DNA from: Thermoproteus tenax Kra 1
GTDB lineage: Archaea > Thermoproteota > Thermoprotei > Thermoproteales > Thermoproteaceae
DNA: 32,000 nt
NCBI RefSeq assembly: GCF_000253055.1
Contig: NC_016070.1
Location: forward strand, 600,001-632,000
Direction: 5' to 3'
In this document: positions 7,939-16,748 of the stretch, in pieces
Layout of the letters: every line of letters starts with the position of its first letter
Position numbering within the stretch: position 1 is the first letter of the stretch
The notes under the pieces: generated by a model
Told to the model about the DNA's origin: nothing
Seen by the model: only the letters and a program-made list of their open reading frames with translations
The model's database searches: none
Translations under genes and position numbers: made by a program

Positions 7939-9532
7939 CTCTTCTCGCTAGTCTCTTGAGCCTCCTGTTGTTTGACAGCTCGCCGCTTAGAGGGTGCGGA
8001 ATTGCGAGTATGCTCCTGAATCCATGCTCTACGACTACGACGTCTAATTTGCTCTTCAGCGGAACTTGAGCCGGGATGAAGGCGAGCAGAGGGTAGGACC
8101 CCGCTTGTCGCGCGTAGGTGCCTCCGCCGTAGTGTTGCTCTGCATAAAGCCCTCTGAGCACAATGCCTCTCGGCGCCACTCTGGCCAACATAGGTCTGTC
8201 AAAGTTTTCTCGGACCCACCTCTTGAAACTATGGATGAGCCCCTTCCTCTCCCTAAGTTTGGCCTCTAGTTTTCTGGCTTGCCCCCACAGCCTCGTGCCT
8301 TGGTATACAGCGAGCTGTCTTATATTAACTCTCCTCACCATGAGCCCCTCTTCCAATACTCTCTGTAAGAACGCCTTGTTCATTTCATAGGTCTCCTTGG
8401 TCTCTCCTGGAAGGCCGAGGACGAAGTTTATGCCGGGCAGAATCCACGGCATGCCGTTGGCCCCCCTCGCAGAGCCCAGAGTGCTGATCAGCCTTATGGC
8501 CGCGAGGGCCTCCTCTGGGCCTACCTTAAGATTGTTGATCTTAACAACGCGAGGATCCGCGGTCTCAATTCCCATAGCTGCGACGTTTCCAGGGGTTCCG
8601 TACTTCATCAAAAGCTTGGTTATCTCGGCCGACTCGGCAGGCCATTTGGCCACAGTGCCAGGGTTCACGTTGTCTATATGTAATGTCTCTAGATCGGGGG
8701 CTACGCCTCGGATACCCGCCAAGAGCCTCTCTATAGCCTCTACGTTGGGCCTCGGCAGATCCTCCTTGCCCGTATCCTTCGCCATATACGCATAGAAGTC
8801 GGCTTGGCGCCCTAACCTGAAGTGCGCTACGCCGGCCTTCCTCAACGCCTCTACCTCCGCCACCACATCCTCAGGTCTTCTGAACTGTACAGCGCCGTAG
8901 GCCACCGTTGTGCAGAAGGAACAACCTCCTGAGACATAGCGGGGACAGCCCTTGTATGTCTCTATCTCGGCCGTTAAATTCCAGCCGTAGTTCGGGTGTT
9001 GTTGCACTATGAAGGCGCCTTTGACGGCGAACTCTTCGACTAGCTTATAGCCGTCGTGGAGCGAGGAGGGGCGCGCCCTCTCGATCCCGTACTTTAGTGC
9101 CTCATAAACCACGAGGTCCACGTCGCCTGTGGCCACTATATGGTAATAGCGTTTGAACTTCGCCGGGGGGACCGCGGCCGTTCCACCCTCCCCTCCGTAG
9201 CCATATCTGGCCACAGGGCCGCCGAGTATTTTTATGGGTCCCTCCAGGCGCCCTATGTCGACAATCTCATCGTACGTTATAGGCGTTCCGCCCAGATATT
9301 TCCCCGGAGTTGTGATGCCCGCAATAACTACCACCATATCGTACCTAGACAGCGCTCTGAGGGAGACTGCCCAGTCGCCCCTAAGCGAGTCTATAGTGAA
9401 GTAGCGCACCTCGTGACCTGGGTCCGCCGCTTTGACTGCGCCGGCGATATACCGGGGGTATACGTCAATATATGGAGGAACGCCGAGACCTGCCGGCTCG
9501 TCTGTGTAGCCGTCCACTATGGCGATGCGCAC
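7889..9532 (-). CDS. radical SAM protein with N-terminal B12-binding-like domain
   Basis: YKGCPRYVSGGCSFCTTVAYG cysteine cluster, GIETADPRVV, GLPGETKETYEMNK; N-terminal Rossmann-like part with ILGGPVARYG. Confidence 0.88.
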   Translation of the reverse strand: MRIAIVDGYTDEPAGLGVPPYIDVYPRYIAGAVKAADPGHEVRYFTIDSLRGDWAVSLRALSRYDMVVVIAGITTPGKYLGGTPITYDEIVDIGRLEGPIKILGGPVARYGYGGEGGTAAVPPAKFKRYYHIVATGDVDLVVYEALKYGIERARPSSLHDGYKLVEEFAVKGAFIVQQHPNYGWNLTAEIETYKGCPRYVSGGCSFCTTVAYGAVQFRRPEDVVAEVEALRKAGVAHFRLGRQADFYAYMAKDTGKEDLPRPNVEAIERLLAGIRGVAPDLETLHIDNVNPGTVAKWPAESAEITKLLMKYGTPGNVAAMGIETADPRVVKINNLKVGPEEALAAIRLISTLGSARGANGMPWILPGINFVLGLPGETKETYEMNKAFLQRVLEEGLMVRRVNIRQLAVYQGTRLWGQARKLEAKLRERKGLIHSFKRWVRENFDRPMLARVAPRGIVLRGLYAEQHYGGGTYARQAGSYPLLAFIPAQVPLKSKLDVVVVEHGFRSILAIPHPLSGELSNNRRLKRLARRVNASSPSSWQSWRRPQ

Positions 9533-9574
9533 AGGCTATTCGAAAACCATATATATTTCGTTTTCCGCACTCTA

Positions 9575-9991
9575 ATGGAACAAAGGGAAGGTCTCCAGAC
9601 GGTGAACGCCTGGATACAGGCGTTCAACAGAATAGGAAAGTCGGAGAACAACTACCACAGCTTCGAGCTCATCAAGGCCGGGGACTCCGTCAATGCGACA
9701 TTGGTAATACAGGGAGTTGATGCCAGCGGGGCCTGCCTGAGGGGGCCCTACGCCCTTGCCTCCATAGTCCTAGCCCAAGGCAGAGTCGGCTTGAAGCTCA
9801 CCGCAGGCGATTACGAGAGATGCGCCCAGGGCCCCAACGAGCTCGTGGAGAGGAGGGACCCCGCCCAGTTGGACAAACTGATAGACCTCGGGAGCGACCC
9901 AGAGCTGATTAAGGCTGTTAAATCTATTAAGACTGAGGGCGACTTCATTGGGTTATTGGAGGCGGCGCTCGAGCTTGCCGCTAGTGCCTAA
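9575..9991 (+). CDS. hypothetical protein (~138 aa)
   Basis: The listed ORF starts at 9140, but 9140-9532 is antisense to the radical SAM gene. In-frame ATG at 9575 follows an AT-rich divergent promoter (catatatatttcg). Confidence 0.6.
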   Translation: MEQREGLQTVNAWIQAFNRIGKSENNYHSFELIKAGDSVNATLVIQGVDASGACLRGPYALASIVLAQGRVGLKLTAGDYERCAQGPNELVERRDPAQLDKLIDLGSDPELIKAVKSIKTEGDFIGLLEAALELAASA

Positions 9992-10983
9992 ACTCTTTTT
10001 CTCCTCAATAGGGCCAGGGCAAATATGGCCGCCACTGCGAGGACTATTAAGGCGTCCTCTGCCAGCGAGTGGCCTACGCCGGAGGAGGTAGTCTGATATG
10101 CGATATTATTGCTCTCACTGCCCGCCCACTCCTTTATCAAAGAAACCGCTGATCTGGCGAGGGAGGGGCAATAGAAGATAAACCCGAGCTCTCTATTGTC
10201 GCGTATGGAGCTCCCGCTTAAGTTCACCGAACCTACATAGACCAAGTCTCCAACGACTATGACCTTTGCCGTCAGATCGGGCACTCTCTGAACTCCCTCG
10301 ACGTCAGTTACTCTAGCTATAGCCAAGGCTGCCCTAGAGGCCAATAGGTCTGCGAGGCCCGAGCTACTGTATATCTCCTCTACGGCGGCATAGACGCGGC
10401 CCGGCTGGCTCAAGAGCCACTTGAGGTATCCGTAGGAGTTTATTGGAGATATAACGACGCCACTGAAGTCGTACTGTGGATAGACCCCGTTGAAGTCGTT
10501 CAGGATTATAGTGGCGATCTCCTTCGCCACGCTAGGATCGTTGACGACGACGTCAAGGCCTTTGTCGTTTGTTACACCCGAGTAAGTGGGATTGATGGAC
10601 CCCAGTATCACAGTCTCGTTGTCTATGACGAAGGCCTTGGTGTGGACAAACTTGAAGTCGTTGTTGAAGGCGATGTTGACGCCAGCGCTCTGGAGGTATT
10701 GTACCAACTTTTTCTCAGTAGTGGGAATTCCGCCGTATACATTGGCCGAGAGGACAAGGTATACCTGCACGCCCCTGTTGGCCAGAGCGGCCAACGTGTC
10801 GGCGAGCTCTTTCCAAGTGAGCGCGTAGACCTCTATGTAGACCGCCTTATGCGCCTTCGATATGTAGGTCGCTATAAGCGAGGCGTTTGAAGGCCCCACT
10901 ATAATTGCACTGGGGCATAAATATAACGGAGTTTGAGAAAATACAAACATTGATAGTACTAGTAGAACAAATAGATATCTCAT
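9988..10983 (-). CDS. exported/membrane-anchored phospholipase D-like (HKD) protein
   Basis: N-terminal signal-like MRYLFVLLVLSMFVFSQ; FVHTKAFVIDNETVILGSIN (HxKxxxxD...GSxN); second copy AKVIVVGDLVYVGSVNLS lacks the His; C-terminal TM plus RRKRV. Confidence 0.85.
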   Translation of the reverse strand: MRYLFVLLVLSMFVFSQTPLYLCPSAIIVGPSNASLIATYISKAHKAVYIEVYALTWKELADTLAALANRGVQVYLVLSANVYGGIPTTEKKLVQYLQSAGVNIAFNNDFKFVHTKAFVIDNETVILGSINPTYSGVTNDKGLDVVVNDPSVAKEIATIILNDFNGVYPQYDFSGVVISPINSYGYLKWLLSQPGRVYAAVEEIYSSSGLADLLASRAALAIARVTDVEGVQRVPDLTAKVIVVGDLVYVGSVNLSGSSIRDNRELGFIFYCPSLARSAVSLIKEWAGSESNNIAYQTTSSGVGHSLAEDALIVLAVAAIFALALLRRKRV

Positions 10984-11069
10984 GTCTATGAGTTTTGTCT
11001 TATTTTTAAAAGTAAATAAGGGGGTCCCGCCGGCCCACTTTTTATTAATGGTACAATAAAGATATCTGT

Positions 11070-12155
11070 GTGACGAGTGACTCCAGTACGGACCTAGTGA
11101 CGAACGCCTCTGTGCTGATCTCTCTCATAGTCCCCACCTACAACGAGGCCGAGAATCTGCCGGCGCTTGTGGACGGTCTGAGGAGGGCGTTCTCGTCACC
11201 GTTCGAATTGATAGTTGTAGACGACAGCTCCCCGGACGGCACAGCCGACGTGGCCAGAAGGCTGGCCGAGACCGCGCCCGTCCGGGTAATAGTGAGGGAG
11301 AGGAGGGCCGGTCTCTCCTCGGCGGTCGTGGAGGGGGCAAGACACGCGAGGGGGCAGATCGCCGTCGTCATGGACGCAGACCTCCAACACCCGCCCGAGA
11401 TCGCCCCGCTCTTGGCCCAACGCGTGTGGGCGGGGTTCGACTTGGCCGTGGGCACCAGGTTCAAGAAGGGCGGGGGGATCGAGGGGTGGCCCCTCTACAG
11501 ATTGGCTATCTCCAAGGGCGCGGCTGCGCTGGCCAGGCTACTTATACCGGAGGCGCGCGGCCTCTCCGACCCGGAGTCCGGCTTCTTCGCGGTGAGGACG
11601 GACTGTCTCAGGCGCGTGAGACCCACCGGTCTGTACAAGATCCTTCTGGACGTGCTTGTGCAGTGCAGGCCGGAGAAGATAGCCGAAGTACCCTACGTCT
11701 TTAGGCCGAGGGCGCGCGGCAGGTCGAAGCTGGGCCTGAGACATATGGCGGACTACGTCCTCCAGCTGATGAGGCTGTCCGGGTGGCGCCCCCTCAAGTT
11801 CGCGGCCGTGGGGGCGAGCGGGGTGGGAGTCGCCGAGGGGGTGCTCTACGCGCTCGGGGGCGTCCCCTTCCACCTCTCCGCGGCCGCCGCCCTTGAGGCG
11901 TCCATTACGTCCAACTACGTTCTGAACAGAGCCTGGACTTTCAGAGGAAGGGGCGGGTCGCCCCTCCGGGGATGGGCGAAGTACCACGCCGCGGTGGCGG
12001 CCGGAGGACTGGCCAACTATCTGGTCGCAAACGCGCTCTATCTTGCCGGCGTCTCCAAATACCTTGCGTACGCGTTGGGGGTGCTGGCCGGCTTCGTCGC
12101 CAACTACGTGTTGGCGGAGAGGTGGGCGTTCAAGAGCAGTCGAGATCCTCGGTGA
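11070..12155 (+). CDS. family 2 glycosyltransferase (dolichyl-phosphate sugar synthase-like) fused to a GtrA-like membrane domain
   Basis: LIVPTYNEAENLPALV, VVDDSSPDGTAD, MDADLQHPPE, DPESGFFAVR, then hydrophobic LKFAAVGASGVGVAEGVLYAL...SNYVLNRAWTF typical of GtrA. TTTATTAA ~27 nt upstream of GTG start. Confidence 0.93.
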   Translation: MTSDSSTDLVTNASVLISLIVPTYNEAENLPALVDGLRRAFSSPFELIVVDDSSPDGTADVARRLAETAPVRVIVRERRAGLSSAVVEGARHARGQIAVVMDADLQHPPEIAPLLAQRVWAGFDLAVGTRFKKGGGIEGWPLYRLAISKGAAALARLLIPEARGLSDPESGFFAVRTDCLRRVRPTGLYKILLDVLVQCRPEKIAEVPYVFRPRARGRSKLGLRHMADYVLQLMRLSGWRPLKFAAVGASGVGVAEGVLYALGGVPFHLSAAAALEASITSNYVLNRAWTFRGRGGSPLRGWAKYHAAVAAGGLANYLVANALYLAGVSKYLAYALGVLAGFVANYVLAERWAFKSSRDPR

Positions 12156-13281
12156 GGGCGCATGAGAGGCGTATGGGCCTTCTAAACGACTTTACGACCT
12201 CTATACGCCTCTGTCCGTTAACTTTTCTTATTCTAAGTACATTATCGACATAATTCGAAAGAGTATGCGTCTTTGCCATTGTCCCTATTAAGGCGACGCC
12301 CGCCTCTTTCAAAGCCGAGAACAGCCTCAAGTTCATCTCGAATGCCTTCTCGCCGTACACCTTGAACTCCACATCGAATCCGTCCGATATTATTAAGTCC
12401 GGTCTCTCCTCCTCCAACAGTCTATAGAACTCGTATATATGCGTACCGTATGTAGGCGGCTTTATCCTCACGGGCATCACGTCGAAGTCTGCGCCGTAGG
12501 CCTTCGCCCTCTCCTTTATCTGCCAGGCCTCCTCGGCGAACGTTCTATATATGACTTTATACTTTCTAGAGGCGAAGGAGGCTATCTTTACTGCAAGCCG
12601 CGTCTTACCCACGCCCGCGGGCCCATATATTAGGGTGGTGCCTAGGAAGGCGCCGCCGACAAGCTCGTCTAACGGAGTGCCGGTATTGACCTCGACCGGC
12701 GGTCTCGGCGTAGGTTTCAATTCGTCGAAGAACAAGAGCCCGGCGCCTGGTATTATGTCGAACTGTCTACAGTATCCGCCGGGGAGCGTGCGCGCCTTGT
12801 CGACGCACATCCTCCTCTCCGGCACGCCCTCCTCGGTGCGCTCCAAGAACAATCTAATCACATTATCAGCTATATATTCCACAAAGGAGGGGCCGTCTCT
12901 CTCTAGGGTCATCACCACGTCGATTCCAGCTGGCCTCAACGTGCGGTATAAGGCGTTGAGGAGCAAGCTCCTGCCCTCCGCCCGCTCCACTAGAGGGGTT
13001 ACTGAATCTATGACCACGAGCCCCGGCTTGGTCTCAGCGACTGTATCTATTAATCTGCCCCAGAATGTCTCAGGCTCTACTAGGACTGCCTCCCAGAAGT
13101 CTACGCGTTCTAGTCTATAGCCAAGCTTAGAGGCCTCCTCGAGAAAGAGATCCCGCCCCTCGTACAACGACACCCATAGGACTCTCTCCCCCGAGGTCAG
13201 ACGTTCATGGGCCATGCGCATCGACAACGTGGTCTTCCCAGTGCCCGGGTCTCCGACTATTACTGTAAAACCTCTAAACAT
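12130..13281 (-). CDS. tandem RecA/KaiC-like ATPase-domain protein
   Basis: Two Walker A motifs, GDPGTGKTT and GPAGVGKTR, with Walker B-like GLVVIDS and DLIISDG. Confidence 0.85.
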   Translation of the reverse strand: MFRGFTVIVGDPGTGKTTLSMRMAHERLTSGERVLWVSLYEGRDLFLEEASKLGYRLERVDFWEAVLVEPETFWGRLIDTVAETKPGLVVIDSVTPLVERAEGRSLLLNALYRTLRPAGIDVVMTLERDGPSFVEYIADNVIRLFLERTEEGVPERRMCVDKARTLPGGYCRQFDIIPGAGLLFFDELKPTPRPPVEVNTGTPLDELVGGAFLGTTLIYGPAGVGKTRLAVKIASFASRKYKVIYRTFAEEAWQIKERAKAYGADFDVMPVRIKPPTYGTHIYEFYRLLEEERPDLIISDGFDVEFKVYGEKAFEMNLRLFSALKEAGVALIGTMAKTHTLSNYVDNVLRIRKVNGQRRIEVVKSFRRPIRLSCALTEDLDCS

Positions 13282-13283
13282 AT

Positions 13284-13619
13284 CTAGGATTTTGTAGCCT
13301 TTTTAAACCATACATCTCTGCTACTGAGCCATCTCCTCAGCGTCTCTTTATCGACGGACTTCCCCTTTCTCCTCAGCCAGTCTTGCAAAACGGCTAGAAA
13401 CACCTCTGCGTTGTGTAAGCCCAACGTGTCCGCCAGAGCGGGGTATAGGCGCCAGGGCTCCTCTGCGACAATTTGTTCGAATGATTTGCCCAACTTGTGC
13501 TTTAATCTAAACTCTATCAAAATTCTGTAGGGTAAATCTAACGATCTGTAGAATTCAAATAGCTCCGCTTTGTCCACTGTGAGGGAAATAAGACCGGTTA
13601 AATAAGGTTCCCTCATCAC
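13284..13619 (-). CDS. conserved-looking helical hypothetical protein upstream of the KaiC-like gene
   Basis: 111-aa ORF, 2 bp from the downstream gene on the same strand. Confidence 0.55.
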   Translation of the reverse strand: MMREPYLTGLISLTVDKAELFEFYRSLDLPYRILIEFRLKHKLGKSFEQIVAEEPWRLYPALADTLGLHNAEVFLAVLQDWLRRKGKSVDKETLRRWLSSRDVWFKKATKS

Positions 13620-13762
13620 ATCTACGCCTTCTGCTGAATTTTTTGGCGTGGTCTAGCTAACCGGAGGACTGATGTCAAAACCTCAAATCTGCGCTGGAGG
13701 TCTGCGTTAATATCAATTCTAACGGCCGAGCGAGGTTAAGTACTAGAACAAAACATCACGTT

Positions 13763-14416
13763 GTGATAGACGAAAGCGCCTTTGCCTCAAGAAAACGGGC
13801 GTTTCTCGACAGAATGAGGAGGGAGGCGGAGCAAGGGAGAGTTGACCCGGATATATACCCCTTTCTGGAGAGGATGAACGAGCTGCCGTGGCTCTATACG
13901 ACCAGTAGCTGCTCCGGCAGGATCCTCCTGGCCTCGGCCAGGACTCCCAGCTACAGCAAAGGGAGGGGCTTCACGCCAATAGCGAAATGGCACAGAGCCG
14001 TAGCCCCAGACGAGATATTAAAGGCCGCTGAGGGCCACGACGACGTCTGGATGTTAGTCAGAGGCGCGATACTCCACGTCGTAGTGAGCTCAGCCGGGAG
14101 AGCGCGCGAGCTGATAGAGTTGGCTCACGAGACGGGGCACAAACACAGCGGAATCATATCGGTCAATAGAGCCGGCATCGTAGTGGAGATCTTAGGCGAG
14201 GAGAGACTGGATATACCGCTGAAAATAGGCGGCGTATACAAAATTGATGTTGAGACGGCCGCCGATTATGCCAACAGAGTCCTCCTCTTGGCTAAGGCCC
14301 GCCTCGCGTGGTTCATAGGCGAGTTTGAGGCCAGATATCTGGGCAACAAAGCGCCCGACGCCAAAGCTGTGAGGGAAAAGCTGAGGGAGCTGGCCAAGTG
14401 CCTCTGGGAGATATGA
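13763..14416 (+). CDS. taw3: tRNA wybutosine-synthesis protein Taw3 (TYW3 family methyltransferase)
   Basis: FASRKRAFLDRM, YTTSSCSGRI, KWHRA, DDVWMLVRGAILHV, HKHSGIISV match the TYW3 signature. Confidence 0.93.
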   Translation: MIDESAFASRKRAFLDRMRREAEQGRVDPDIYPFLERMNELPWLYTTSSCSGRILLASARTPSYSKGRGFTPIAKWHRAVAPDEILKAAEGHDDVWMLVRGAILHVVVSSAGRARELIELAHETGHKHSGIISVNRAGIVVEILGEERLDIPLKIGGVYKIDVETAADYANRVLLLAKARLAWFIGEFEARYLGNKAPDAKAVREKLRELAKCLWEI

Positions 14417-15123
14417 CGGGGCTCGGCGAGCGCTGGAGGAAAGTCTACCCTGCATACCGCAAGCTCGTCTCGGTCTACGAGAGGATGAACTTAGCAATGA
14501 CGTGGGGCAATGTGGACAAGTGGAGACGCCAGCTAGCGGCCCTCGTCCCAGACGATGCAGAGAAGATCCTAGACGCCGGATGCGGCCCCGGGAATATGAC
14601 GCGACATCTACTGCGGCCCGGCAGATATGTAGTCGGGCTCGACTATTCGATAGAGATGTTAAAGGCGCTCAAATACGACATAGATAAAGTACAGGGAGTC
14701 TTTGAGTCCCTCCCCTTTAGAGATGGCTATTTTGACGTCGCCGTACTGGCCTATGCCCTCCACGCGGCTCGCGACCTTGAGAGGGCTCTTGACGAGCTCA
14801 CTAGAGTCGCCGGAGCTGTGGCGGCCGTGAGCATGGGCGCACCAGATAATCCTATAGTTAGAGGACTCTTCAAGCTGTACGTAGCAGTTTTTGTGCCCTT
14901 TCTCGCTTTACTTTTGGCCCCCTCGCACCTCAGAGAATATACCGCCCTCTCTGACATATTGAGCGTCGCGCCCCCCAACCGAGTCTTTAAGAGTATTCTG
15001 AGCAGATGGATGAGACTGGAGAGCTTTACGACGAGAGGGTTCGGCGCAATATATATATTCTACGGCACCAGCCGCCGGTTCCGTCGGCACCGCTTCACGG
15101 GCGGAGACGGAAGCTACGTATAG
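14413..15123 (+). CDS. class I SAM-dependent methyltransferase (UbiE/MenG-like)
   Basis: ILDAGCGPGNMTRHLL, GLDYSIEMLKAL, ESLPFRDGYFDVAVLAYALHAARDLERAL. ATG at 14413 overlaps the taw3 stop (ATGA). Confidence 0.85.
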   Translation: MTGLGERWRKVYPAYRKLVSVYERMNLAMTWGNVDKWRRQLAALVPDDAEKILDAGCGPGNMTRHLLRPGRYVVGLDYSIEMLKALKYDIDKVQGVFESLPFRDGYFDVAVLAYALHAARDLERALDELTRVAGAVAAVSMGAPDNPIVRGLFKLYVAVFVPFLALLLAPSHLREYTALSDILSVAPPNRVFKSILSRWMRLESFTTRGFGAIYIFYGTSRRFRRHRFTGGDGSYV

Positions 15124-15257
15124 TTCTCCGTAGTCGCGATGTCTAGGGCATCCGGTCTCTCCCCAATGGGGTGCCGAGAAATTTCAGAATGCGGCTCAGG
15201 CGTACGCTCCGAGCTCCCCCGGGAAGGCCGGGGTATGAAAGAGCTTAGTAAACGAAA

Positions 15258-16229
15258 TCAGTTGCGCCAGACGGCAATGTAGAACGGCGTAGTTCTCAGG
15301 TAGACCTTCTCCTTCTTATAGCCTGCGGCGCTGATGATGTTCTCTACGTCTGAGGATCTAAACACATGTTTGGCGCCCATTGCAGACACTATGGCGACTA
15401 AGCCGGGCGTGGACTCTACTACTTGTTGACCCACGAGGAGGTATCCGTTGGGCTTCAGAATCCTCTTGAGACAGAGGAGATCCCTCATGGGATCTAGCAT
15501 CCAGTACAACGAATGAAAGAGTACAGCTGCTTCTACTGGCTGAATTCCGCCCAATAGATCGGCCACTTCGCACGTGCTGGTTGCCTGAAATATACAGATG
15601 CCTCTCCCTGGACAAGTGCCCACGCTAACTCCGTTCCCGAGGACCTCCTTAGAGAGCTCGACGGAATCTCCTCTATAATCATAGCCGATCACCACCTCAG
15701 GTTGGGCTTGCAAAACGCCTATCAGCGAGGCGATATCGTGGCCCTCCTTTATGACTGGGAAGTAGAGCCTCTTGAAGTTAGCGGCCCCGACGAGTTTAAA
15801 GAACGTTGACCTCATCATTTCGTACCACCCCTGGGTGAGCATAGTCGAATACAATATCGCTATAGTGTTCTCGTCGACCTGGTTTGCCGCTATTTTAACC
15901 GCGCCGATTCTGTCAAAGGACTCGTGGAGGCTCACGAACTCCGCCGTATAGGTGTTGACGGGCGGCTTTGGTTCCTTTATTCTTCTAATAATTCTGCCCT
16001 CTCTATCTATATAACCATTTTCCAATAAAGATAGATAGAGCGCTCTGACAAAAACATTATTATTCTTATATAATCCCTCTCTGTATATCTCGTACCACCA
16101 CTTCAGGGCGTACCAGACGCTCCACCTTAGCGCGTTCTTTACTTCGTCCAATCCACCGCCTGCCTTTATAAAGTCGCTGTAATACCTTACTACGTTTACA
16201 TCCTCGACGAATCTAGTTATAAAGCTCAT
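15258..16229 (-). CDS. divergent methyltransferase-fold-like protein with N-terminal helical domain
   Basis: C-terminal half VLFHSLYWMLDPMRDLLCLKRILKPNGYLLV resembles the post-catalytic strand region of class I methyltransferases; motif I is degenerate. Confidence 0.6.
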   Translation of the reverse strand: MSFITRFVEDVNVVRYYSDFIKAGGGLDEVKNALRWSVWYALKWWYEIYREGLYKNNNVFVRALYLSLLENGYIDREGRIIRRIKEPKPPVNTYTAEFVSLHESFDRIGAVKIAANQVDENTIAILYSTMLTQGWYEMMRSTFFKLVGAANFKRLYFPVIKEGHDIASLIGVLQAQPEVVIGYDYRGDSVELSKEVLGNGVSVGTCPGRGICIFQATSTCEVADLLGGIQPVEAAVLFHSLYWMLDPMRDLLCLKRILKPNGYLLVGQQVVESTPGLVAIVSAMGAKHVFRSSDVENIISAAGYKKEKVYLRTTPFYIAVWRN

Positions 16230-16555
16230 GTACAGATGACTATTCCCGCCTCTCTTAATCTCCGTAACAACGCCTTGATAGAGGGGCTGGCACGCCCGCT
16301 CTGTATTGCCTCTAGGACAATTTGTTGTTGCTGTGAGGGCAACAGAGAGAATCTGTCCCAGTCCCTTATTTCGCAGTCAAGTAACGTGTCCTCGGACATG
16401 GCTTTTCTCATCACGGCAGAAAAAGTATGTCCGTGAGGGCACGTGAGAGTTAACACCACCGTCTCGCCGTTTTCATACGCTCTCAGAAGCTCTGACGTTA
16501 AGGAGTGTTCAACCTCCGCTCCGCAGACTGGACACTTAAACTTTTGGGCCGCCAC
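16226..16555 (-). CDS. small protein with an N-terminal Cys cluster (possible zinc binding)
   Basis: KFKCPVCGAEVEH...LTCPHGHTF. Start overlaps the next gene's 5' boundary by 4 bp (operon-like). Confidence 0.65.
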   Translation of the reverse strand: MAAQKFKCPVCGAEVEHSLTSELLRAYENGETVVLTLTCPHGHTFSAVMRKAMSEDTLLDCEIRDWDRFSLLPSQQQQIVLEAIQSGRASPSIKALLRRLREAGIVICT

Positions 16556-16748
16556 ATTCTGTATCTTGTGATTATATATAATCTTTACGTTGCAAAACTC
16601 TTTAACAATATAAAAATTTCTGTTTATTTACTTAAATAATAAATTTATTATAAACAAAATATAATTTTTATATTGATATAGATGTCGTATAATCGGTAGC
16701 CCGAGATAGTCGGCATAAGTCATTTAAAGCTCTAAATGGCTTTCTGCA

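Noticed and set aside
9140-9574. N-terminal extension of the 283-aa ORF
   Set aside because: Lies antisense to the radical SAM gene and crosses the divergent promoter; ATG 9575 is a better start.
12551-13120. 189-aa + strand ORF
   Set aside because: Antisense to the tandem KaiC-like gene, whose two Walker A motifs fix the real frame.
13620-13762. C/D box sRNA in the spacer before taw3 (ctgatgt motif)
   Set aside because: No properly spaced D box or C'/D' pair could be found.
15184-15200. CAGAATGCGGCTCA as a possible RNase P CR-V
   Set aside because: No convincing CR-I partner in the preceding sequence, which is the 3' part of a methyltransferase gene.
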